The position numbers were made by a program, and so were the translations under genes. This document shows, piece after piece, positions 1-10,307 of a stretch of 64,000 nt of DNA. The notes below the pieces were generated by a model, which ran no database searches, was not told the DNA's origin, and saw nothing but the letters and a program-made list of their open reading frames with translations. Each line of letters begins with the position of its first letter. The first letter of the stretch is position 1. The DNA is from Trypanosoma brucei (lineage: Eukaryota), in NCBI GenBank assembly GCA_000002445.1, contig CP000071.1:384001-448000 (forward strand), given 5' to 3'.

Positions 1-958
1 ATTGTTGTTTGTTTGTAGCAATTCGCTCAATTTCGATGATACAAAGTACTATGAAAAGCAGAACGGCGGATATAATTGCAACTCGACCAATAAAAGCGGC
101 CAGCTCATCCAACCGCTCCTGCAAGGGAGTCGCCCTCGGTTCACCGTCGAGACGAGATTCCATTAGCAGCTTTCCACCAAAAGAAGACTCACCGACGGCG
201 CACGCAAGAATGTAAGCATCCTCAGCCGTACTCACAACAGTCCCAGAAAGTAAGATTGGATGTTCGGCGCCTTTCTTTTTCAGATCATTCTCGCCAGTCA
301 CACTCGACTCATCAACAACAACACTCAAACCACGTACGTATAAACCATCTACAGGGATAACAAGACCCGGTGACAAGGACACAAGATCACCCACAACAAT
401 TTCTGTCACATCCACCGTAACCTTGTGACCATCACGAATGACGGAGATTGGCTGAGCAGAGTTCTCCTCCACAAGAGCACGGAATTTCAACTCCTTGCGG
501 TAATCCTGAATAGACGATGCTGAGGTTACTGCAATCACGGCCATAAGAATGGCGGTGCCCTCTATCCAACCTGTCTTATAGTCAACCTTCTCGTGTCCGG
601 GTTCCGGCACAGTTAACCCGAGGATAAGCGACACACATGCGGCAAGGGTCAAAAGTATGATCATGCGGTCACTCCATGCAGCTTTTAAAATCTTCCAGAA
701 TGTCAGCGGAGCCTCCTCAGGAAGCTCATTCCTCCCATACACAGCACGCCGATTCTCTACAGAAAAAGAGTCGATGCCATCTGTTATACTCGTGCCAAGT
801 CGTTCGGCAATACCCTCAACGCCGCCAAGTTCCTCGTATAGGGGCTTTGGATCTTCATTGCAAGTAAATAACTTTTGCAGGACGCTTTTTGTTTCATTGC
901 CATTGTTCTCCGGTGATACTTGTGTCTTATGTTCCTGCGGTGACTCAAGTGGATGCAT
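1..958 (-). CDS. Plasma-membrane-type Ca2+-transporting P-type ATPase (PMCA-like), N-terminal ~319 aa. The CDS continues past the window's 5' edge and is missing from the ORF track because it has no stop inside the window.
   Basis: Hand translation of the reverse strand from the ATG at 958-956 gives MHPLESPQEHKTQVSPENNGNETKSVLQKLFTCNEDPKPLYEELGGVEGIAERLGTSITDGIDSFSVENRRAVYGRNELPEEAPLTFWKILKAAWSDRMIILLTLAACVSLILG... with no stop through to position 2. This is the conserved PMCA N-terminus: the N-terminal actuator region followed by the first transmembrane helices. Confidence 0.85.
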   Translation of the reverse strand, partial: MHPLESPQEHKTQVSPENNGNETKSVLQKLFTCNEDPKPLYEELGGVEGIAERLGTSITDGIDSFSVENRRAVYGRNELPEEAPLTFWKILKAAWSDRMIILLTLAACVSLILGLTVPEPGHEKVDYKTGWIEGTAILMAVIAVTSASSIQDYRKELKFRALVEENSAQPISVIRDGHKVTVDVTEIVVGDLVSLSPGLVIPVDGLYVRGLSVVVDESSVTGENDLKKKGAEHPILLSGTVVSTAEDAYILACAVGESSFGGKLLMESRLDGEPRATPLQERLDELAAFIGRVAIISAVLLFIVLCIIEIERIATNKQQ

Positions 959-1804
959 GTCTTTCCTAGTTTGATAGTATGCGAACTGATCTGTATATCT
1001 TTATGAAAATACTTCAGATATTTCTGAGACCCTTCCTTTTCGTAATGTCTTTGCTGAATTTAATCTCTCTGAAGTGATTTCGTCGATTTTTTTGTAATTT
1101 TTTTTTCGAGAATCGTGTTTGCCGCTTTTGTTTCCTTTTTTCTTTTTTTTTTTTGTGCAAAGTTCTCTGTTGCTTTACAACAAGTGAATGGCACCACGCG
1201 CCCACTGCTCTGAATGTGTATATTTAGATGCTGCTTCGTATGTGCTGTATAGACGGAAGCTACAAATATGCGGTCTAGTGGCCACGTAATACAAAAAATT
1301 TAGATAGAAGCAACTAAATCAACAAAAAGAGACCAGTGGAGTCAAATATTAACTGGAGGATTCGCAAGCGATCCGTTCCTCTCGGCTCCGCCAACCCTCC
1401 TGCTTTTTGTTTTCTTTCTCCCTTCTTTCGTCTCCGGGCTTCCTATCTTTAAGGTTTCTTTGACCTTTTCGGGTGTACTCTTTCCCTCAATCTTGGAGTT
1501 TAACCGAAAAACAGAATGAATAAAAGGAGTGTAAACCAATAAGTGGAAAAGGCGGGCAACGAAAGGTGAACAAGGGGAGACATAAAGGGAGACGATGTAG
1601 CGCGTCAGGCAAGTAGATAGAAGTGCCACCTGAAAAAACTTATGAATGTAAAAGCAAAGTGCGCACAACCAGGATATCCATAGTAACAGGAACGATATTG
1701 TTAATCCAGTAAAGAGCAGGGCTTCAATAAATATATGCAGACGCACAATAAAAACAGGTTAAACACTTTCCCAACGGGGATGACTTCAACACTTCACAAT
1801 CCAC

Positions 1805-3865
1805 TTAGGCAACGCCGCACTTACCCAGCGCTTGAAGTTCCACAACACGGCGCTTCAGTTTTACACATTCACCAGCCACGTTTAAAAGTTCCGACTGCAA
1901 GTTAGCCATAGACGCACGAAAAACTTGTATCACCTTGCAAAATATTTCATCCCTGCGGTTTCCCTCAGCATGCCATCCGTCAAGAGAGGAAACAAGCACC
2001 GTTTCCTGCTTATCAGATTGTGACAACGCTGCACCAACAGCGTCCATCCACTCAACCACTTTAGAAGTAAGAGGCAAAGATGCAGAGTTGCCACACGCCA
2101 CACCCTCAGCAACTTCATCATGGCTTCGCTGAGCCTCAGCCAATTGTGCCTTCAGTTGCTCCACCTCTTGCTGTAAGGCATGCATGGCCTCCTCCCTAGA
2201 CTCCATAACTTCACGACATTTTACCTCACTAGCCACAGCAACTTCATCATGGCTTCGCTGAGCCTCAGCCAATTGTGCCTTCAGTTGCTCCACTTCTTGC
2301 TGTAAGGCATGCATGGCCTCCTCCCTAGACTCCATAACTTCACGACATTTTACCTCACTAGCCACAGCAACTTCATCATGGCTTCGCTGAGCCTCAGCCA
2401 ATTGTGCCTTCAGTTGCTCCACCTCTTGCTGTAAGGCATGCATGGCCTCCTCCCTAGACTCCATAACTTCACGACATTTTACCTCACTAGCCACAGCAAC
2501 TTCATCATGGCTTCGCTGAGCCTCAGCCAATTGTGCCTTCAGTTGCTCCACTTCTTGCTGTAAGGCATGCATGGCCTCCTCCCTAGACTCCATAACTTCA
2601 CGACATTTTACCTCACTAGCCACAGCAACTTCATCATGGCTTCGCTGAGCCTCAGCCAATTGTGCCTTCAGTTGCTCCACCTCTTGCTGTAAGGCATGCA
2701 TGGCCTCCTCCCTAGACTCCATAACTTCACGACATTTTACCTCACTAGCCACAGCAACTTCATCATGGCTTCGCTGAGCCTCAGCCAATTGTGCCTTCAG
2801 TTGCTCCACCTCTTGCTGTAAGGCATGCATGGCCTCCTCCCTAGACTCCATAACTTCACGACATTTTACCTCACTAGCCACAGCAACTTCATCATGGCTT
2901 CGCTGAGCCTCAGCCAATTGTGCCTTCAGTTGCTCCACTTCTTGCTGTAAGGCATGCATGGCCTCCTCCCTAGACTCCATAACTTCACGACATTTTACCT
3001 CACTAGCCACAGCAACTTCATCATGGCTTCGCTGAGCCTCAGCCAATTGTGCCTTCAGTTGCTCCACTTCTTGCTGTAAGGCATGCATGGCCTCCTCCCT
3101 AGACTGGGTCTCCAGGTCCGAGTCTTGATACCGGGAAAGTTCATTCCGCAGATCCTGAATTGTTTTTCTGTCTTGCTCCACCACAGTTCGCACTCGATCC
3201 TGCCACTGCTCGACCTTTTCCTTCACTTCACGATCTATGCTTTCCCTTATGGCTTCGGCACTTGGACCTCCAGAACTTGCAGTGTATTGTTGCGCGGTTA
3301 TTTGCTGACTTTCTCGGAGGCGCTGAAGTTCGTTTTCCAGTTGATTAATACGGTTTTTATGGTTTTCACGCTCGAGTCTGTCATACTCTCTCAACTCCCT
3401 TACTCTCTCCTGAACAGAGGCCTCTAGCACCTTGGCTTGTGCGGCGACGATTCCATCCGACTGTGTGAGCACTGTGCTTCCTGTTTCCCTTAGCGTCTGA
3501 AACTCTCTTGTCTTTTCCTCCAACTGCTCACGTAAAGCCGTTATTAATTCCTCACTTCGACTCATATCCTGAGCAAATGTCACGCGCTCCTGCTCTATCT
3601 CTTGCTGCAATTGCAACAAGGAGTGTTGGAGCTGCGACACCTCAGTCGTTGTTACTTCGCCTGAATCCACGGCGGCTGCTGGGCACACCTTTTCATTAGA
3701 CGATTGATTGGTGATGTCCTTCACAAGCTCCTCCAGGTGGGCAATATACTGGGTTTTCTCACGGTTTGTTATGCTTTGTTTCTTGGCAAGTTCAATGAGT
3801 TCTTCCCTCGTCATCAATTCCAAGTCGACAGTGCGAGTGCGACGCGGTGCAAGAGGCGCAGACAT
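1805..3865 (-). CDS. Coiled-coil protein with ~8 tandem 43-aa repeats (SREEAMHALQQEVEQLKAQLAEAQRSHDEVAVASEVKCREVME); function unknown, possibly cytoskeletal/flagellar
   Basis: 686-aa ORF starting with a genuine ATG. A heptad-like, E/Q/L/A-rich central array sits between unique N- and C-terminal regions. The minus strand is pyrimidine-rich immediately upstream of the ATG (3866-4000). Confidence 0.8.
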   Translation of the reverse strand: MSAPLAPRRTRTVDLELMTREELIELAKKQSITNREKTQYIAHLEELVKDITNQSSNEKVCPAAAVDSGEVTTTEVSQLQHSLLQLQQEIEQERVTFAQDMSRSEELITALREQLEEKTREFQTLRETGSTVLTQSDGIVAAQAKVLEASVQERVRELREYDRLERENHKNRINQLENELQRLRESQQITAQQYTASSGGPSAEAIRESIDREVKEKVEQWQDRVRTVVEQDRKTIQDLRNELSRYQDSDLETQSREEAMHALQQEVEQLKAQLAEAQRSHDEVAVASEVKCREVMESREEAMHALQQEVEQLKAQLAEAQRSHDEVAVASEVKCREVMESREEAMHALQQEVEQLKAQLAEAQRSHDEVAVASEVKCREVMESREEAMHALQQEVEQLKAQLAEAQRSHDEVAVASEVKCREVMESREEAMHALQQEVEQLKAQLAEAQRSHDEVAVASEVKCREVMESREEAMHALQQEVEQLKAQLAEAQRSHDEVAVASEVKCREVMESREEAMHALQQEVEQLKAQLAEAQRSHDEVAVASEVKCREVMESREEAMHALQQEVEQLKAQLAEAQRSHDEVAEGVACGNSASLPLTSKVVEWMDAVGAALSQSDKQETVLVSSLDGWHAEGNRRDEIFCKVIQVFRASMANLQSELLNVAGECVKLKRRVVELQALGKCGVA
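2100..3105. repeat. Tandem array of ~8 copies of a 129-bp unit, internal to the CDS 1805..3865
   Basis: The motif tcatcatggcttcgctgagcctcagccaattgtgccttcagttgctccac(c/t)tcttgctgtaaggcatgcatggcctcctccctagactccataacttcacgacattttacctcactagccacagcaac recurs with a period of 129 nt. Copies differ only at one synonymous C/T position; the variant order across the eight units is C,T,C,T,C,C,T,T. Confidence 0.9.
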
Positions 3866-5675
3866 TCGTGCAAGCAGTTATTTGAGGGGGAAAAAAACAG
3901 CAAAATGAAACGTAAAGATCTCTTTGCTAATGCCTTTGGAATGAAAGAACGCGTGGAACCTTTACCAAGCACCGGTACAACTTTAAACACAATCTTTATT
4001 GCTAAGGGTTTTCGAGCCTTTAACTGTGCTCGCGAGTGCGTAATCCATTTTACATTACGTCGGACCAGCGGCGGGCGAGAAGCGACGATAACAAATGGGA
4101 AAATGCATGCTCTGAGTAGTCCACTTAAAGTGCAGAGGTGTCAACAGGTTCAGTCTCTTCAGGCATTCGGGGGGAAGGAAAGGGAAATTACTCATTAGAA
4201 CTCAGCAGTCTGTGAAGTACGAAAAAAAAGGGGGCCTTCCTCATCTTTTCTGTGCTTTGCCTCAGCGTTTTCTCGGCAATTAATGCCTAGAAAGTAATTA
4301 ATGTGGCGTCACACTGTACCACAACCCTAAGACCGTACCACCACTGCCACTGCGCCCTCTCTTAGAGGACCAAGGGTGAAACCACACCCATCACCGTCGC
4401 CAATACGCTGCGGTTGGCAGCAGCTGAAGTATTATTACCCTTATCCTTGCGTATGTTGTCCCGGGTTGCATGTACATCACCCTTCCCGGCTGGGATTGCG
4501 ACAAGAGAGAAACTAACTCTCTCCATTTGCAGCCGGAGGTCGAGCTTCACGAAGGCAGTAAGTGGTCTGCTACCGGGACGAGGACTCGTCGTAACTTCCC
4601 TCTGCCCATCATCGGGTAGAGCCAACTGCCGACTGTCACTGACGCGTGACCGCTTATTGGAACGGTACTCCGCACCATCCATGGACTGATGCCCCCCCCA
4701 AGGCGACAGCCGCCACAGTGAAGACTCGAGCCTCGGAGTCCAGTTCACCGCCGACGTGCGCCTGTAATAAAACAACAACCCCGTCCCTGGTGTTGCCATC
4801 GATGTTGTCGCTACGAGGACCACCACGAAGACTGAAATGGGCACCAGTTAACTGCAATGTTGTGCTCCCAACAGGGTATGACACCTCCACCTTCTTGGAG
4901 TGGGCGGCACATTCTGTAGGCGGGGAAGAGAGCTTATTCTTATTCGATGTATCCTTCTTAGATTCGGTGTGACCGGATGCGAAAATATTCTGTGGGGAGG
5001 CAATCGTTAACCGTGCCACGACAGTTCGCACCATCCAAACCGTGAAGGAAAACAAAGTGATCAAAGGAAGAACGGAATAGTCACAAGTCTCCGGTACTTC
5101 CTCCTCTTTCCCTAACAGTCTTTCTCTCTTTTGCACTTTCAACTTAATCCCTTTCCTCTTTTCTGTCGTCCGTCTACCCTCTCACACTTCAAGCGCCTTC
5201 CCTACTCTTGACCCACTATTCTCGTGGAAAGGCAGTAGATAATGGCAGCAGAAGCAGTAGCAAAGGTACGAAATTTGTACGGTGTTCGAATCAAAAGGTA
5301 AACACAAGAGGTGAAAATGCAACAGGAGGGCGTCAATGACCTGTACGTACCCCAGCTGGGCCCGGTGCCGGCTAGCTGCACCCTCAGTTATAAAATGTAG
5401 ACTCATCCTTTTACCTCACTTAGCCAAGACAAAAACGCACCTCTTATACTTAAATTTTCACGTCATGAATCCCTCCCCCACGGCACATCATACATAAACA
5501 CATGCCACCCGCGTTAGCCAACGTTCAGAATAACCTAATCCGTCACAGTATGGGCAAAAAAAGAAAAGGAAGCGGGAGCCGTCAATCACAGCACCTCTGG
5601 GAGAAGTGAAAGGGGGAACACGGTGGAGGAGCAGCGCTCCACTATCCGACATACCCACATGACTATTAGCGCGGG

Positions 5676-6227
5676 TTAATTTCCCTTCCCTTTCTTCTCC
5701 GCGTCGATGCGGCTCCTTTTATTGCCTCCATCGTTACCGTTTGCCTTCCCCTTTGAACTCTTGGGTTTCCCACCGTCTCCTTTGGGTTTCTCTCCCCCTC
5801 TTGACCGCCGCGATGCCATCTCCATGCCGTCACTGGAATCCTCTTCCTCCTCATCCCTATCCTCATCGCTGGAGTCTCCCTTGTCGGCGTTATATCGGTC
5901 TTCATCACTCTCGAAATACCCAGTTAGGTGGACCGTAGGACCTTCACCACTACAACCCACAGTTGAAGAGGGAACAAGAGTAAAGGAAACCTTCCGCGAG
6001 AAAATGTGATGCAGGGGAACGTAATATAATTCTCTGTCCGCGGAAAGGGTGCAAAGGGCTAACCGAGTCGGTAAATCATGGCTCTGCGCGTACAGTGTGA
6101 CGGCACCTGGCACAATGCTTGTGAGTGAACAGTGCGTCAACACCAAAGAGCTATCTGGTGGCATCGGTGGGGAAATGGCAACCTGGTCGGGCCGGAGCTC
6201 CAAGCCAAAGAAGCAGTGAAGCGACAT
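5676..6227 (-). CDS. Candidate small ORF (183 aa) with an acidic-then-basic C-terminal tail; it may equally be a purine-rich UTR artefact
   Basis: ATG-initiated ORF inside a 3.5-kb gap. The C-terminus reads ...YFESDEDRYNADKGDSSDEDRDEEEEDSSDGMEMASRRSRGGEKPKGDGGKPKSSKGKANGNDGGNKRSRIDAEKKGKGN. The region is purine-rich on the coding strand, a composition that often produces spurious K/E/G-rich ORFs. Confidence 0.2.
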   Translation of the reverse strand: MSLHCFFGLELRPDQVAISPPMPPDSSLVLTHCSLTSIVPGAVTLYAQSHDLPTRLALCTLSADRELYYVPLHHIFSRKVSFTLVPSSTVGCSGEGPTVHLTGYFESDEDRYNADKGDSSDEDRDEEEEDSSDGMEMASRRSRGGEKPKGDGGKPKSSKGKANGNDGGNKRSRIDAEKKGKGN

Positions 6228-7385
6228 GAACTATCTGTGGATGCCTCTGGATCTAAATTTGTGACAAACAAAAACAAAAGCAAACGTTTTCGTAAATATA
6301 TTTTTTCTTCTTATATTTACTCCACACTATTATCCTCCAGTGCTTTGACGCGCCCTCGTAGACGATGTAATCTGCGTTGCCACCCACAGGCAATATTTTC
6401 AGCGCGTGGTGGTGTTAAACGACAACGGTTGCAAAGAAGCTCTAAGGATTTCGTAGTCACTATCAGCATCATTATTATTTTTAACAATAAAAGGCGGATA
6501 AAAAAGAAAAAGCGAAAAGGGGAAAGGGGGAAGAAAAGAAAAATGACATGGCGTCTGATGGTAGAAGCAGACAAACCAAAAGAAGGTACACCGCAGCTTC
6601 CAACGGCAGGTTTACATGGCAACGATACAAGCAAAAGTAGCGAAAAGTGCGAGGACTGCAAAGATAGATAACAGTTACTGATACAGCCACAAAAAAAAAA
6701 AGCCCTACACTTTCCATCACACACACGAAAACTCCAATTGCATCGATACGCCCTCAAACAGGTGTAAGCAAATGGTAGGCAGTTAACGATAGTAACAATA
6801 ACAACGATGAATGTTATGACGCCACAGGAGCCATTTCACTGAGCACCATGCACAAAAGCCAGTTCTCCCCCAGTTACAACAACTGGCTCAACACAGTTCA
6901 AACGGCACCGGTGAAATGGAACGTGCATACATACATACACATTCCGATAGCGTGAAAGGGAGGTGGAAATGAAGCACACGCGCAAGATGAACAGAAAAAA
7001 GTAAAAAAGCTACTTTGCAGGACGGTAAAAGTAGAAACGAACTGTAAGAAGTAAAAAGTAAGCGGACAGCAAAAGATCGAGCAGACGGGTTATGTCATAT
7101 GTCTGTAGCGTGAATCAAAAAAAAATAATCAAAAAATAAATAGAAATCGCCCCACACATACACACAGTTAAGAACGCTTTCACATTGTTTGGAGTCCACC
7201 TATTTGTTTCTCAGTTCACCTCTTGCTGGACGGTATTGGTTAATAGGGACTCAATAAAACTACCAGGCAGAAATGAATAAAAAAGCAAACATGGAGAAGT
7301 CGAGGGAGGGAAACAGTACAGACGGCACTGTATTACCAGTTGCATAGGCGCGGTCAGGGAGGAATACGCAAGCAAATGAAGATTC

Positions 7386-9080
7386 TCACATTTGTGAGTT
7401 ATAGTTGGGACCACCACCGCCCTCGGGCACCGTCCAGTCGATATTCTGCGTGGGATCCTTGATGTCACACGCTTTGCAGTGTAAACAGTTCTGTGCGTTG
7501 ATTACCAGCTTTCCGTCCACAAATTCATACACTTTGGCGGGGCAGTACTTCCCCTCTGGGCCATCATAAAGAGAAAGGTTGACGTCAATTGGTACAGAGG
7601 CATCATGAAGTTGCAGATGCGCTGGTTGGTCAGCGTTGTGGTCCGTTCCACTCAAGTTGAGATTTGTCAAGAGGTCAAAAGTAATCTCGCCATCAGGCTT
7701 GGGGTACTCAATTTGCACGCACGAAGCCGCGGGTTTCAGGCTTTTGTGGTCAGGCTGGTGATGTCGCAGTGTCCACGGCTCCGCGCCGCGTGTGAGAAGG
7801 GTTGTTACGCCTGTATACAGCACGCCCAACAGGAAGTGACGGGCGAACGTCTGCCGCACGTTGCGCACCTGATACAACTCTTCGTATAACCAACTTTCCC
7901 TAAACCTCTCTTGGTAACTTTTGCAATCGACATGCACTAATTTCTCCCTGCCAGACACAAAAGCGTCGGCGTACACGGCCTCCGCGGCCAACATCCCAGA
8001 CTTCATGGCCGTGTGCGTGCCTTTTATCTTTGGTAAGTTAAGGAAACCTGCACAGTCGCCAACGAGCACACCGCCAGGAAAGTGTAACTGCGGCAGCGAA
8101 ACCAAGCCACCTTCAACAAGTGTTCGAGCACCGTAATGAAGCGGCCGACCGCCACGCAGTTGCGATGTTACCAACTCGTGAGTCTTCCACTTCTGAAACT
8201 CCATGTAGGGACGAATGTGAGGATTTTTGTAGTCCAAGCCTACAACAAACCCAAGGGAGACCAAACCATCGCCGTAGTGGTAGAGAAAGGACCCACCGTA
8301 CGTGTTGTCGTGGCCCTTATCTGTGAGTGGCCAACCTATTGTGTGCGAAACAGAACCAGGGCGATGGTTGCCCTCTGGAACCTCCCACACCTCTTTCACT
8401 CCAAGACCGTACGTTTGGAAATTCTGCTTCCCACGGAGGTTGAATATTTTCTCTAACTGCTTGGTGCAAGAACCACGGCATCCTTCTGCGAACACGGTTT
8501 GCTTGGCCCTAAAAATCATGCCAGGATCGTACCGTTCGGTTTTCTCACCCTTCTTATTGATTCCGACATCGTTAAGCTGTACACCTTCCACTGCCGTCAT
8601 AGTGCTGTTAAGCACAGGCCGGGCGGCGGCAAACCCCGAATACACCTCCACACCTAACTCCGTTGCTCGTTCAGACAGCCACCTGCACAGTGACCCAAGC
8701 GACATGATACGCGCATTGTGGTTTTGCAGTGTGGGTGGTATTATGGGGGACCTAAAGCTGCGTTTCTGGTCACGCAAATAATAAAAGTTGTCGCTCGTTA
8801 CGGTTGTCAGCGTCGGAAGATCAGTAGCGACTTCCCAATCAGGGATGAGCTCATCCAGCGACCGCATGTTTACGCAGGCACCAGAAATCGTATGCGCCCC
8901 AATTTCACTCCCCTTCTCAACAAGAGCGACACGAAAATCATCCCCTGCGACCCCACCGAGTTGCTTTAGTCGAATGGCTGTGGCCAGTCCCGCTGGGCCG
9001 CCTCCAACAACAACAACGTCGAACTCCTCAATCACTCGCTCCGCCACGGCGCAAAAACAACAACTTGTTCGACGAAGCAT
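7386..9080 (-). CDS. Electron-transfer flavoprotein:ubiquinone oxidoreductase (ETF-QO), mitochondrial
   Basis: 564 aa. N-terminal FAD/Rossmann motif DVVVVGGGPAGLATAIRLKQL. C-terminal 4Fe-4S ferredoxin-type motif CLHCKACDIKDPTQNIDWTVPEGGGGPNYN, typical of ETF-QO. Genuine ATG at 9080. Confidence 0.92.
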   Translation of the reverse strand: MLRRTSCCFCAVAERVIEEFDVVVVGGGPAGLATAIRLKQLGGVAGDDFRVALVEKGSEIGAHTISGACVNMRSLDELIPDWEVATDLPTLTTVTSDNFYYLRDQKRSFRSPIIPPTLQNHNARIMSLGSLCRWLSERATELGVEVYSGFAAARPVLNSTMTAVEGVQLNDVGINKKGEKTERYDPGMIFRAKQTVFAEGCRGSCTKQLEKIFNLRGKQNFQTYGLGVKEVWEVPEGNHRPGSVSHTIGWPLTDKGHDNTYGGSFLYHYGDGLVSLGFVVGLDYKNPHIRPYMEFQKWKTHELVTSQLRGGRPLHYGARTLVEGGLVSLPQLHFPGGVLVGDCAGFLNLPKIKGTHTAMKSGMLAAEAVYADAFVSGREKLVHVDCKSYQERFRESWLYEELYQVRNVRQTFARHFLLGVLYTGVTTLLTRGAEPWTLRHHQPDHKSLKPAASCVQIEYPKPDGEITFDLLTNLNLSGTDHNADQPAHLQLHDASVPIDVNLSLYDGPEGKYCPAKVYEFVDGKLVINAQNCLHCKACDIKDPTQNIDWTVPEGGGGPNYNSQM

Positions 9081-9862
9081 CGGAAAAATATGGTAGCGGC
9101 AAAACTACAATGCAAGGAACAGTTAAGGTTACAAAAACAAAGCACCTACACGCAAATATGTTTGCGTGTGTTTGATATTAGCCCAATTAGGGTACCTTCG
9201 TTCCCGCCTCCCTTGCCTGAATCTCAACTACCGTTCGTTCACGTCCCTCCAACCCTATTTCTCTCCTTGTCTGCAGTGAGTGCGTACAGAGGGAGGAGAA
9301 ATAAAGAGGTGGGAAAATTCCAGTTGCACTACGGTCCAATCTTCACCCTTGGCGTTTCCCTGTGGCGAATATGCCGCACAACGCTTACTTGATCTTTTTT
9401 TTTTTCAATTTCCCTCCTCCGCAGTATTCTTTGTATGTATAAACTCCTTTCTTTCAAACCTCAAATCTGCTTGACAGGAAGAAAGAGGCACGTTACAGGC
9501 AGGGACAGGAGCTCCAAACGAGTTACCTCTTCAGCACCACATAGAAAAGCGCATACATACAAGCACACACAGCGTCGAACTAAGCGAACAAATGCTGAGT
9601 CACATGAATGAATAAGTGGAAAAATATTCGACATGTACAGCAAAAACAGTTAGGAAAAGGCGTATATCCAAGCAACAACAAAGAAAAAACAATACACCAG
9701 CAGAATGATGCAAAGAAGACGAGTATCCGCGGAGCATTGCCGTAGCTTCCACGCGGTAACGGTACAACCTACAGTAGGGAGGGCGCCTGATGACATCAAA
9801 AGGTGAATATGTGCAAGGAAATGCCCCGCACAATGTAACACTTAAAAAATGTAAATCCCACG

Positions 9863-9885
9863 CACACACACACACACACACACAC
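9863..9885. repeat. (CA)n microsatellite
   Basis: cacacacacacacacacacacac in the intergenic region between ETF-QO and the SEL1-repeat gene. Confidence 0.9.
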
Positions 9886-10307
9886 TCCTCTAACCATCCA
9901 CTTCGGTAAGACGCCAAGCTACCACTTCAAACAAGAAAGAGAGGAAGAAGATTTCAAAAATACCGCTCGAAATTCTTTGGGAAAAAAACGAATAAACACA
10001 TATATGGATACTTGTACATTCCAACCTCCCCCGCACACGTGGCATCATTTCCGCGTTGGCGCGCACAGTCTCTTACCGCACCACCACACCACCGCTACCG
10101 TCGGCAGCACCAACGATGACACGCCATATTAAACTTACCCGGACACCTTTTACTCTTGATTTCACTTTGGTGTTCGCTTTAACATATTCAGTGTCGTCAT
10201 TTATTTCCATACTCGCATCTTTTGGCTTCCACTTCGTTCACCCGCTGCTAACACCACCCAGTCCTATGAATATGTGTAAACACGGCAGCGAAAACAGCAG
10301 TTGGTCC

